Positions 1 to 10,248 of a stretch of 64,000 bases of DNA are shown here, piece by piece. The position numbers and the translations under genes are program-made. The DNA lies in contig CAWGYD010000006.1 of the NCBI GenBank assembly GCA_963826785.1, positions 800,001-864,000 on the forward strand, written 5' to 3'. Source of the stretch: an uncultured delta proteobacterium (lineage in GTDB: Bacteria > Desulfobacterota > Desulfobacteria > Desulfobacterales > Desulfosalsimonadaceae). The notes below the pieces were generated by a model, which was not told the DNA's origin, did not search any database, and worked only from the letters and a program-made list of their open reading frames with translations. How positions within the stretch are numbered: position 1 is the first letter of the stretch; every line of letters begins with the position of its first letter.

Positions 1-164
1 CCGTCCTTTTGCTGGGCGGCGTGCGCCCCCCAGTTTTTGTTTGATTTTTTTCCGCAACCTGTTTACATAAATCCGCATTCCATTCGCGATTCACATGGGG
101 CCGAAAATCGGCTTGTAAGATTTTCCGGATCCATCCGGCTGATGTTTCAAAAGGAATCCACTCA

Positions 165-659
165 ATGAGTTTTACCATCACCCATTCCTATGCGAAAGAT
201 TCGGATATCCTGTTTCGCGTGCTCACCGATGCGTCTTATCTGGTGAAGAAATTTGAGGCCACCGGCGCAAAAAACGTCGAGGTCATTGAATGCCGGGAGC
301 GGGGCGGGGTTTTTGTGATTACCCGGAAGCTGGATCTTCCGACCAATCCCCCGGGATTTGCTAAGAAATTCGTCAAAAGCACCAATACGGTGATCGCCAC
401 GGACACCTGGCAGTCATTTGACAATCCGCTGAAGCAGGGGGTGTTTGAGCTCGATATCAAAGGCGTGCCGATATCGGCAAGCGGCCAGATCATGCTGAAA
501 CCGACGAAAAAAGGGTGTGATTATATCGTCGTATTTGAACCGAAAGTCCGCATCCCCCTGATCGGCGGAAAAATCGCACAGCTGGTGGAAAATGACACCC
601 GGGCCAACCAGGAAAAAGATTACCGGTTTACCCGAAAATACCTGGAATCGCTTGAATGA
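165..659 (+). CDS. DUF2505-like (START/SRPBCC fold) protein
   Basis: 164-aa ORF with RBS (aagga). Length and C-terminal V.IPLIGGKIAQLV pattern resemble DUF2505 proteins. Confidence 0.65.
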   Translation: MSFTITHSYAKDSDILFRVLTDASYLVKKFEATGAKNVEVIECRERGGVFVITRKLDLPTNPPGFAKKFVKSTNTVIATDTWQSFDNPLKQGVFELDIKGVPISASGQIMLKPTKKGCDYIVVFEPKVRIPLIGGKIAQLVENDTRANQEKDYRFTRKYLESLE

Positions 660-708
660 GTATCCCACCGCGCTTTTCCATACTGAATTTTCCCGATGGT
701 GACCTCCA

Positions 709-2889
709 TTGAAGTTTTCGTCTCCCCCGCAGCCGAATCCATATAAGCGGTCCGATTCACGGATTGTGGATCTTCCCGCACCATGGTGGATGCACGCCTT
801 GTGCGTGCTGGCGTTGGTGGTCGCCGGAACGATCATCTATTCCAATATGTTTTCAGCCCCGTTCGTTTTTGATGATATCAACTTCATCACCAAGAACGAT
901 CCCCATGTGCATATGACAACATTGTCATGGGATGGGATTCGGGAGGCGGCCTTTGAAGGCCAGCCGCGCAAGCGGTTTCTGCCCAACATCAGTTTTGCAC
1001 TCAATTACTGTGCCGGCGGGGAAAATACGTTTGGTTATCATCTGGTCAATCTGATGATCCATCTTTTTTCGGGGGTGCTGCTGTTTTACTTTGTCAGAAC
1101 GACCTTGAGCCTGCCTTATTCCCATTCTGATGCTTATTTCCATTCGGCATCACAAAAGCATAATAAAGATATCGGTATGGCGGTGGCGTTTTTTGCGGCC
1201 CTGCTCTGGCTGGTCCATCCGCTCCAAACCAATGCGGTGACCTATATCTGCCAGCGCATGGCCAGCATGGCCGCTTTGTTTTTCATCCTCTCCATGCTCC
1301 TTTATGCCAGGGGCCGGATCCTTCAGCGTGCGAAAAAGCCAAAGATGGCCATTGCCTGTTTCACGGGAATGCTTTTTTCCAGCGCCTGTGCATTTGCAAC
1401 CAAAGAAAACACGGGCATGCTACCGGTTTTCTTTCTCCTTTATGAATGGTTTTTTTTCCAGGATCTTCGGAATATATTCAATAAGCGGATTCTGATGTTT
1501 GTCGGCGCCGCATTGGTTATCTTTTTGATCGTCGTGATATATTACATGGGCGACAATCCTTTTCACCGGATTCTGGCATCATATGGCAAAAGAGACTTCA
1601 CGCTTCCCCAGCGGGTCCTGACCGAATTTCGGGTGGTGGCCTACTACATCAGCCTGATCGTCTACCCCCGGCCGGAGCGTCTCAATCTGGATTACGCCTA
1701 TCCGCTGTCATATTCAATGGCCAATCCGATGACCACATTCTGGGCCATGGGGGCCATTGCCGGATTGCTGGTCCTGGCCTTCTACAGTGCCAGGCGGCAT
1801 CGATTGGCCGCATTCTGTATTCTCTGGTTTCTGGGCAACCTGGTGATCGAATCTTCAGTAATCGGGATCGAAATCATCTTCGAACACCGGAATTATCTGC
1901 CCATGATGCTGCTGTGCCTGCTTCCTGCCCGGGCGGCTTTCAAATGGATGCGTCCAGTAAATGCGGCCGCGGTTCTGGCGGCGGTGGCAGTTCTGGCAGG
2001 GACATGGACCTACCAGCGCAATTTTGTGTGGGAAACCGATGTGGCATTCTGGAGCGATATCGCTCAAAAATCGCCGAGAAAGGCCCGGCCATATCAGAAT
2101 CTTGCCTATTCCTTTCAGCAAAAGGACCGGCATGCGGAGGCGGTGCGCTATTATCGCAAATCCCTGGAGTTTGAGCCGCACCCGGTGGCCTATTTCAACC
2201 TGGGTCTGGCCCTGGCCAAAATAGACCATTATGCAGAAGCGGTGGACGCCATGACCGCGGCTGTAAAAATGAATTACCGCACCCCGGGAGTTTACGTCAA
2301 CCTGGCCTATGCACTGAGCAACATGGGTGAATTCCAGGCGGCTCTGGAATATTTTGAGCAGGCTCAGAAACTGACCCCCGATGACCCAAATCTTGGGAAG
2401 AACATCCGTGAACTCAAGGGATTTCTCAATTACTGCCGCACGCCACTCAACTGTGTAATCCGGCGCATTGATCAGCAGCCACAAAACGCGGCCCTTTATT
2501 ATAAACTCGGGGTGATGCGCGAACAGCGCAAGGAACTGGCCCTGGCCGGGGAAGCGTATGAAACCGTGCTAAAAAAGCTTCCCGAATCGGACCAGAAGCT
2601 GTATCTTCTGGCGTTGAATCGACTGGGCGTCGTATGTGCCGCACAGGGGGAGATCCGCCGTGCCGCCGATCTGTTTGAACAAGCCGTGCGATTGGCGCCG
2701 GAAAACCCGTACTTTTATTACCAGGCGGCGGTGACCTATGCCGGAATGCAGAATGAAAAAGAGGCGGTCAAGTGGCTGGACCGCGCCATTGAAAAAGGAT
2801 TTTCCGATTTTGACGCGATCAGCGGGGACAAGCGCTGGCAGTTTATTCGAAACACCCCTTATTATCAGTATCTCCAGGATCGGCTGTAG
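709..2889 (+). CDS. TMTC-like membrane glycosyltransferase (GT-C) with C-terminal TPR repeats
   Basis: FVFDD acidic loop after TM1, YHLVNLMIH, HPLQTNAVTYICQR, KE, EHRNYLP, multiple TM helices, then TPR repeats. Start codon uncertain. Confidence 0.8.
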   Translation: MKFSSPPQPNPYKRSDSRIVDLPAPWWMHALCVLALVVAGTIIYSNMFSAPFVFDDINFITKNDPHVHMTTLSWDGIREAAFEGQPRKRFLPNISFALNYCAGGENTFGYHLVNLMIHLFSGVLLFYFVRTTLSLPYSHSDAYFHSASQKHNKDIGMAVAFFAALLWLVHPLQTNAVTYICQRMASMAALFFILSMLLYARGRILQRAKKPKMAIACFTGMLFSSACAFATKENTGMLPVFFLLYEWFFFQDLRNIFNKRILMFVGAALVIFLIVVIYYMGDNPFHRILASYGKRDFTLPQRVLTEFRVVAYYISLIVYPRPERLNLDYAYPLSYSMANPMTTFWAMGAIAGLLVLAFYSARRHRLAAFCILWFLGNLVIESSVIGIEIIFEHRNYLPMMLLCLLPARAAFKWMRPVNAAAVLAAVAVLAGTWTYQRNFVWETDVAFWSDIAQKSPRKARPYQNLAYSFQQKDRHAEAVRYYRKSLEFEPHPVAYFNLGLALAKIDHYAEAVDAMTAAVKMNYRTPGVYVNLAYALSNMGEFQAALEYFEQAQKLTPDDPNLGKNIRELKGFLNYCRTPLNCVIRRIDQQPQNAALYYKLGVMREQRKELALAGEAYETVLKKLPESDQKLYLLALNRLGVVCAAQGEIRRAADLFEQAVRLAPENPYFYYQAAVTYAGMQNEKEAVKWLDRAIEKGFSDFDAISGDKRWQFIRNTPYYQYLQDRL

Positions 2890-2933
2890 CTCGGGCGCAT
2901 TTCAGAAAGATTGGATTATCCGATGTTAATCCA

Positions 2934-2961
2934 TTGACATCCGGGTAACGCGTCCTACTAT
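2934..2961 (+). promoter_or_regulatory. Putative sigma70 promoter
   Basis: TTGACA (2934-2939), 16-nt spacer, TACTAT (2956-2961). Confidence 0.5.
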
Positions 2962-3251
2962 TTCAATGCCGTAAACAACCGGCGGCTCAGCGGATTACCG
3001 GATCAGGATATTGCGGGTGCCGGAAAAATCGTTTCAAGACCCGCCATTCTTCAGTCATTTTTCCATTTGCCATTGCCATGTCATGGCGAATCTGAAAGGT
3101 GCACTCTCGATTCGCTTAACTGGACTCTGCAGATCAAGCGTCATGCATCGGGAAATCTCCATCATTTCCGGATAGCGCGTTTCCAAGCGGTAAAACGTGA
3201 ACCGGGTCCGGTCCGGGTTGCCATAATGAAAGCCGGGCGGATGCATGGATC

Positions 3252-3297
3252 TGACAATTTTGTCATGCGGTTTTTGAAAAATGTAACAAAAATGTCA
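3252..3297. promoter_or_regulatory. Tandem palindromic operator / possible enhancer-binding-protein UAS
   Basis: TGACAATTTTGTCA (3252-3265) and TAACAAAAATGTCA (3284-3297), 32 bp apart, upstream of a sigma54-like promoter. Confidence 0.5.
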
Positions 3298-3371
3298 GAA
3301 AGTAAATGGCGCTCATATTTTTTATATGAAATTATCTTGTAAATTCAAAATGATGGGCGAACATTTAATAG

Positions 3372-3388
3372 CAGGTATAATATTTGCA
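3372..3388 (+). promoter_or_regulatory. Putative sigma54 (-24/-12) promoter of the glutamate synthase operon
   Basis: CAGGTATAATATTTGCA with GG (3374-3375)-N10-GC (3386-3387). Confidence 0.5.
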
Positions 3389-3592
3389 TTGAAGTTTCCC
3401 TCTTGGCGTTTGGTGAAGTCTGAAAAGTGAGGAAAAAGGGGTTGCCGTCATCCCCGAAAAGGCGGAAATCCATTACTGATGGGTGTTTTGGGATGCCTGC
3501 CGCCGCGGGCATGAGGTGAAAATTTTCTTTTCCAAGACCATCAACATTTAGCAGGCACAATTTAACACGCATTACAAAACAGGAGCGATTTT

Positions 3593-4724
3593 ATGTGTCG
3601 TTTATTCGCCATGACCAGTGACACGCCGGTCTCCCCCATGGTGGCGCTCAATGCGCTCGATGTCATGCGGGAAGGGCATGACGGTTCCGGGGTCGGGCTG
3701 TTTTTGCGGGACCTGGGCGGAGCGTTTGAAGAGATGAAGGATGCCCCCATCCTCTCCGGGATTTTCACGGAATCCGGGATCAAGCGGCTGGACGGCTATA
3801 TGATTGATATCGGGTTTCTGACCAAGTACAAAATCTCCATCAAAGTGCCCAAGGTGCCGCCCCCCGGAACACCCCGGCGGGATATCTACCTGATCCGCGC
3901 ATATGAGTATCCGGAGGAATGGGAGCATCTGGATCTGGCCGAAAAGTACGCCCGGCTCCTGCAGATCCGTCTTTCTCTCAGGAAATGGGGCGCGAGGAGA
4001 AGGACATGATCGTCTTTTCATTCTGGCCGGATACGGTAATGATCAAGGAAATCGGTGATCCAATGGCCGTGGGCAAATATCTGGAGTTGGACAAAACAGG
4101 AGCTCACCTGCCCGGGTGATCATGGCCCAGGGGCGGCAGAATACCAATTATGCCATCAACCTGTACGCCTGCCATCCGTTTTTCATCCAGGGGTTTTCCA
4201 CGATGACCAACGGGGAGAACACCGCGTTTGTACCCATCCGGGAGTATCTCATGTCACGGGGGGTGACCGGATATACCGGGTTTTATTCCGACTCGGAAGT
4301 ATTCGTCCATATCCTTCATTATATGACCACCCGTCTGGGACTCGACATCGAGACCTATAAGCATGTCATCACACCGCTGCAGGATGACGATCTGGAAGAT
4401 CATCCGGATGGCATGTTTTTGAAGCACCTGAAGAAAACCTGCCGGAAACTGATCATCGACGGACCCAATTGCGTCATCGGGGCGACACCCGACAACACCA
4501 TGTTCATGGTCCAGGATCGAAAGAAACTGCGGCCCGGGGTGGTGGGCGGACGTCCCGGTCAATACGCGTTTTCATCTGAAATCTGCGGGTTGGATGCGGC
4601 CATGCCGGATCGTGATAAAACAACCGATTTTCAGCCCATGCATCTGGATACGGTGATCGTCAAATCCGATCGCCGGGAGGTAAAGATATGTCAACAGACA
4701 CAGCGATTATCCCTTCTTCATTGA
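3593..4724 (+). CDS. Glutamate synthase, class II glutamine amidotransferase subunit (3 apparent indels near 3983, 4093, 4108)
   Basis: N-terminal MCRLF (Ntn Cys2), GHDGSG, QGRQNTNY, HPFF, NGEN, SDSE, DRKKLRP, spread over overlapping ORFs 3593, 3919, 4055 and 4116. Confidence 0.85.
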
Positions 4725-6326
4725 GCATCAAGGATCTGCCCTGGCAGATCAACTGGAGCAAGGAGAAGTGCACCCTTTGCGGCCAATGCACGGCGGTATG
4801 CCCGGTTCACGCCATTGAACTGGGCGTGTTCCGGAAGCGCCTGATCGATGCCGGAATCGGTATTCAACAGAAACCATCCAATGTGTATACCACTTATCAC
4901 GGCATCCGGCAGCGCACCGCTCCGGCATACCACTGCGTGGGGTGTGCCATGTGCACCATGGTCTGCCCCAATGACTGCCATTATGCCGCTGAAATCGGAC
5001 GAGGCCGAAAAACTCAAGTTTCACCTCAACCAGGGCGGCGAACCTGAGCGCCGGGGCGGCCGTCGCAATGCACCCGGCGGCGTGCTGGACCGGATCAAGT
5101 TCATCCGCATTTCCATGCTCTCGGACCCGGCCCTGGATGCCGGACGGCACGAGTTCGAGATGCGGACCCTGCTGGGTCGAATCCTGTCCCCGGAAGACAG
5201 CATCAAGTTCGTCCGGGAGCACGGATGGATTCCGCCGGTGCGGGAGATTTATCCGCTGATCATCGGCGGCATGTCCTTCGGCGCCCTTTCCCCCACCATG
5301 TGGGAAGGGCTGCAGATGGGGGTGGCCTATTTGAATGAGGAATTGGGCATGCCCGTGCGCATCTGCACCGGGGAAGGCGGATGCCCCCCGAGGCTGCTGC
5401 GTTCACGCTTTATGCGCTATGTGATCCTTCAGATCGCTTCCGGCTACTTTGGCTGGGATGAGATCATTCATGCCATTCCGGAGATGAAGGCGGATCCCTG
5501 CGCCATCGAGATCAAATACGGCCAGGGGGCCAAGCCCGGGGACGGCGGGCCTGCTGATGTGGTACAAAGTGAACAAGCTCATCGCGGCCATCCGCGGCGT
5601 TCCCACAGGGGTCAGCCTGCCCAGTCCGCCCACCCATCAGACCAAGTACTCCATCGAAGAAGCGGTGGCCAAGATGATCCAGTCCATGTACATGGCCTGG
5701 GGGTTCCGGGTGCCGGTCTATCCCAAAATCTCCGGCAACTTCTACTGCACTTGCGGTTTTGAACAACCTGACCCGCAATCCCTATGCCGGCGGTCTGGCC
5801 ATCGACGGCGAGGACGGCGGCACCGGGGCGGCCTACAATGTCTCCATGAACCACATGGGGCACCCCATCGCCAGCTGTCTGCGGGACTGCTACCAGAACC
5901 TGGTGGCGGTGGGCCAGCAGAATGAGATTCCCCTGTTTGCCGGCGGCGGCATCGGCAAGAACGGCAACCTGGCGGCCAATGCCGCTTCCCTGATCATGCT
6001 GGGGGCCAGCGGGGTCCAGGTGGGCAAATATGTCATGCAGGCGGCAGCCGGATGCCTGGGATCGGAATCGGGCCGCTGCAATATCTGCAACATCGGGCTC
6101 TGCCCCAAGGGGATCACCTCCCAGGATCCCGCGCCTGTATCGGCGGTTGAATCCCGAAGATGTGGCCCAGCGGGTGGTGGACATGTTTGTGAGCTTCGAT
6201 ACGGAACTGCGAAAGATCGTGGCCCCCCTGGGCCGGTCCACATCGCTCCCCATCGGCATGTCCGATGCGCTGGGCATAGACGACCAGAGCATCGCGGAGC
6301 GGTTGAAAATCAAGTATGTCGTATAG
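4688..6326 (+). CDS. Glutamate synthase FMN-binding subunit with N-terminal 2x[4Fe-4S] domain (indels near 4975, 5548, 5738, 6129)
   Basis: CTLCGQCTAVCP, CVGCAMCTMVCP, MSFGALS, TGEGG, QIASGYFG, EIKYGQGAKPGDGG, IDGEDGGTGA, Cys cluster CNICNIGLCPKGITSQ. Confidence 0.88.
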
Positions 6327-6358
6327 GTTGAAGCTTGCTTGATATTGGCAGGGGCACG

Positions 6359-6448
6359 AATGGAATAATGGAATTTTGGAATATTGGGTTTCAGGCAGTG
6401 TCGGTTGATTCCACGCAAAATTTCATTCCATCATTCCAATATTCCATT
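6359..6448. repeat. Intergenic inverted 8-nt-period repeat (TGGAATnn)x3 ... (nnATTCCA)x3
   Basis: tggaataa tggaattt tggaatat ... cattcca tcattcca atattcca. Same family as 33060-33136. Confidence 0.8.
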
Positions 6449-6519
6449 AATATCGGATAAATGATCAGGATTGATCGATAGAAATCTATAGAGCAGCAGA
6501 TAACGCTGAACGAGGCCAT

Positions 6520-8931
6520 ATGTCGGATCCACAGCAATATTTTGTCATAGAAGGCGGGAAAACGGCGTCCGCCTGGAATCGCGGGTTTTGGAGGAGCGCA
6601 TCCAGGCGGCAGTAGAGGCGGGGCACCGCCATATAGAGGTGAACGCCTATGGCCAGCACGGCATCGGCGGCCGCCTGTGGAAGGCCGGAAATGATACCGT
6701 AACGGTGCGGGTGACCGGCCATTCGGGCCAGCGGCTGGGGTCCATGGGATTTCCCAACACCCGCATCGAGGTGATGGGGCCGGCTTCCGACGATGTGGGG
6801 TGGCTGAACGCCGGGGCCGAAATCGTCGTACATGGCAATGCCTCAAACGGTGCCGCCAATGCCATGGCCCAGGGAAAGGTTTACGTCGCCGGAAATATCG
6901 GCGCCCGGGGCATGACCATGACCAAGCACAACCCGCGGCTGGATCCGCCCGAGTTGTGGGTGCTGGGAAGCGCAGGCGATTATTTCGGCGAATTCATGGC
7001 CGGCGGCATCGCCGTGGTCTGCGGCATCAATCCCCAGACGCCGGAAAATATCCTGGGATATCGGCCCCTGGTGGGCATGGTCAGCGGCAAGGTCTTCTTC
7101 CGGGGACCCCATGGGGGCTACAGTAAGAGCGATTCCCGACTATCGCATATCGGGGATGCGGACTGGGCCTGGCTGGAAGAAAACCTGAAGGTGTTTTTGG
7201 AAAAAATCAAGCACCCGGAACTCTATGATCAGCTGTCCGACCGCGACCACTGGCAGATGATAGCCGCACGGCTTCCCAAGGACAAGGTCGTCCGGAAGAT
7301 TCGATCCATGGCGGATTTTCATGAAATCGTATGGAACCGGGAGCTCGGTGCCGGCGGTCTGGTGGGAGACCTGGTGGAAGCGGACATGAGCCAGATCGGC
7401 GTTATCACCACCGGTGAACTGCGGCGCTATGTACCGGTATGGGCGAACCGGCAATACAAGGCCCCCTGCGAAACGGCCTGTCCCACCGGGCATTCCGGTG
7501 CAGGACCGATGGCGCTTGATCCGGGAGGGCCGGGTGGATGAGGCCGTGGATATGGCCCTGGCCTATACCCCTTTTCCGGCCAGCGTGTGCGGCTATTTAT
7601 GTCCCAACCTGTGCATGGCCGGCTGCACCCGGCAGATCGCCGCGATGCCCCCGGTGGACGTCACTCAACTGGGCAAGGCCAGCATACGGGCCAAACTTCC
7701 GGAACTGCCGGTCCTTTCAGGAAAAAAAGTGGCGGTCATCGGCGGCGGACCGGCGGGGCTTTCGGTGGCCTGGCAGCTTCGGCAGCGGGGACACGAGGCC
7801 ACTGTTTTTGATATGTCCGGTCAGCTGGGGGGTAAAATTTCCGCCCTGATTCCCGAAAGCCGGATTCCCAAAGAGGTCATCGACGAGGAGCTCAAACGGA
7901 TCAAATCCGTCCTGCCGCATGTTCACCTCCAGCAGCCCCTTACACCCGATGATATGGAACAGTTCAAGGCCGATTACGACCTGGTGGTGGTGGCTACGGG
8001 AGCTCAGAAACCCCGGACGCTGCCGGTCCCTGGAAAAGAGAAGATGGTTGCCGCAAGCTCATTTCTGGCCCGCGCCAAGACCGACCCCATCCTGCCGGGA
8101 GAAAAGGTGGTGATCATCGGTGCGGGAAACGTGGGGTGTGATGTGGCGGTGGAAGCCAGCCGGCTGGGCGCTCAGTCCATCATCCTGATCGATGTGCAGA
8201 AACCGGCTGCGTTCGGCAAGGAAAAGCAGCACGCCGAAGCGGTGGGCGCCAAATTCAGATGGCCCTGTTTCACCCGGGAGATCACGGATGAAGGAGTGGT
8301 GCTGGACACCGGGGAAGTCATCGGCGCAGACACGGTGGTGATCTCCATCGGCGATATGCCGGATATTTCATTCCTTCCGGCAACGGTTGCCACCGACCAC
8401 GGATTTGTGAGCGTAAACGATTATTTCCAGACCACCGACGAAAAGATATTCGCTATAGGTGACATGGTGCGCCCCGGGCTTCTCACCGATGCCATCGGCG
8501 CGGGCCGAAAGGCCGCTGAGGTGATGAACAACATCCTGGAGGGGAAGCGTCCTCTTTCGCCCGGCCCCAACGGCAAGACAACGGCATCCGCCGATCCGCA
8601 TCTGTCCGAGGGCGAAGGGGTGCATACCAGCGCCTGGGATATGCGGCCGGCCATCGACAAGCACCGGATCAAACTGGAGTATTTTGATCCCCGGATCATC
8701 GAATTTGACGATCTGGAATCCTGCGGATCCCAGTGCTCCTCCTGCGGGGCCTGCCGGGATTGCGGACTTTGCGTGGCCATATGCCCCCAGTCGGCCATCA
8801 GCCGGAGGGAAATAGGAGACCGCGATTATGAATACATCGTGGACCCGGACCGGTGCATCGGATGCGGGTTCTGCGGCGGGACCTGCCCCTGCGGCGTATG
8901 GGATCTGGTGGAAAATACGCCTTTGATTTGA
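6520..8931 (+). CDS. Glutamate synthase GXGXG (GltB C-terminal) domain fused to GltD-like FAD/NAD(P)H oxidoreductase with 4Fe-4S clusters (indels near 6555 and 7489)
   Basis: RBS gagg then ATG 6520. GXGXG repeats, GDYFGEFMAGG, PCETACP, CGYLCPNLC, GGGPAG, GAGNVG, CGACRDCGLCVAICP, CIGCGFCGGTCP. Confidence 0.85.
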
Positions 8932-9103
8932 ATGATAAATCTGGTACAAGAGGCGTTGCCGATCCGGGCGGGTGTATTATTTTATGATGCCGGATTGACC
9001 GTTTTCCATCCTCAATTCACAATCAGGCGATCGCGATTGGCCCATCGTTAATTGAGACATATCAATTTACGGATATGAAAAAGCTGCAAGGATCTGAACA
9101 TAC

Positions 9104-10246
9104 ATGAAAGCGTTAATGGCCCTGGAAGACGGCCGCACCTTTGAATGCCAAAGCTTTACCGGCCACGGTGAAGCGTTCGGTGAAGTGGTGTTCAACACCT
9201 CGATGACCGGGTACCAGGAAGTGCTCACCGATCCTTCCTACCGGGGTCAGATGGTGATGATGACCTATCCGCTGGTGGGCAACTATGGAATAAACGCACA
9301 GGACATCGAATCCAACCGGATCCAGGTGGCGGCATTCATTGTCCGGGAATATCAGGAATTTCCCAGCAATTTTCGCTCCACCGCCTCTTTGCGGGATTAT
9401 CTCATGGACCATCATGTCCTGGGGGTCGATGAGCTCGACACCCGGGCCTTGACCATCCATCTGCGCACCGCCGGGGCCATGCGTGCGGCCATCTCCACCC
9501 GGGATCTGGACGCCCGCAGCCTGGTGAAACGAGTTTGCGCCATTCCCGTCATGGAGGGCCAGGACCTGGTCAGCGGAGTGACCGCCAGCAAGCCCTACTT
9601 CTGGGAAAATGATCGCCCCCGGCCCTGCAAAATGCCGATAGAAAAGTTGAATCCCGAGATCTGGCGGCGGCCGGATAAACCGTTTAAGGTCACCGCCTTT
9701 GATTTTGGAATCAAATACAACATCCTGCGCTATCTGGAACAGGCGGGATGCGAGGTGCTGGTGCTGCCGGCATCGGCTCCCGCAGATGTGGTTCGTGAAG
9801 TGTCGCCGCACGGCATTTTCCTGTCCAACGGTCCGGGCGATCCGGAGCCCGTGGACTATGCCGTCAACACCATCCGGGACCTGCTGGGGTATAAGCCCAT
9901 GTTCGGAATCTGCCTGGGCATCCAGCTTATCGGGCTGGCGCTGGGGGGGCGGACCTTCAAACTCAAGTTCGGCCATCACGGCGCCAATCAGCCGGTGCAG
10001 AATCTGGCCACCGGGCGGGTGGAGATCACCTCCCAGAACCATGGGTTTGCAGTTGACCCGGACAGCCTGGATCCAGGCCAGGTAGAGATCACCCACATGA
10101 ATTTAAATGACCACACGGTGGAAGGATTCCGGCATAAAAACATGCCGGTATTTGCCGTGCAATATCATCCCGAAGCGGCTCCAGGGCCCCATGACGCCGA
10201 TTACCTGTTTGGCCAATTTGCAACCCTTATGGAAAAAAATTCCTGA
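9104..10246 (+). CDS. carA: Carbamoyl-phosphate synthase small subunit
   Basis: [44 protein letters not shown]. Confidence 0.98.
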   Translation: MKALMALEDGRTFECQSFTGHGEAFGEVVFNTSMTGYQEVLTDPSYRGQMVMMTYPLVGNYGINAQDIESNRIQVAAFIVREYQEFPSNFRSTASLRDYLMDHHVLGVDELDTRALTIHLRTAGAMRAAISTRDLDARSLVKRVCAIPVMEGQDLVSGVTASKPYFWENDRPRPCKMPIEKLNPEIWRRPDKPFKVTAFDFGIKYNILRYLEQAGCEVLVLPASAPADVVREVSPHGIFLSNGPGDPEPVDYAVNTIRDLLGYKPMFGICLGIQLIGLALGGRTFKLKFGHHGANQPVQNLATGRVEITSQNHGFAVDPDSLDPGQVEITHMNLNDHTVEGFRHKNMPVFAVQYHPEAAPGPHDADYLFGQFATLMEKNS

Positions 10247-10248
10247 TC

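Noticed and set aside
3430..3515. Possible second ANTAR motif in the glt operon leader (ccg-AAAAGG-cgg and neighbouring hairpins)
   Set aside because: The loop lacks G at position 4, there is no second conforming hexaloop, and no U-tract terminator follows.
3055..3572. Short ORFs 3055-3246, 3067-3342 and 3345-3572
   Set aside because: No RBS or motif support, and they overlap predicted promoter elements.
6359..6448. CRISPR array interpretation of the periodic repeats
   Set aside because: Units are 6-8 nt with no unique spacers of 30-40 nt, and there are no cas genes in the window.
3980..7500. Programmed ribosomal frameshifting in the glt genes
   Set aside because: Too many shifts in both directions, with no consistent slippery heptamer or stimulatory structure.
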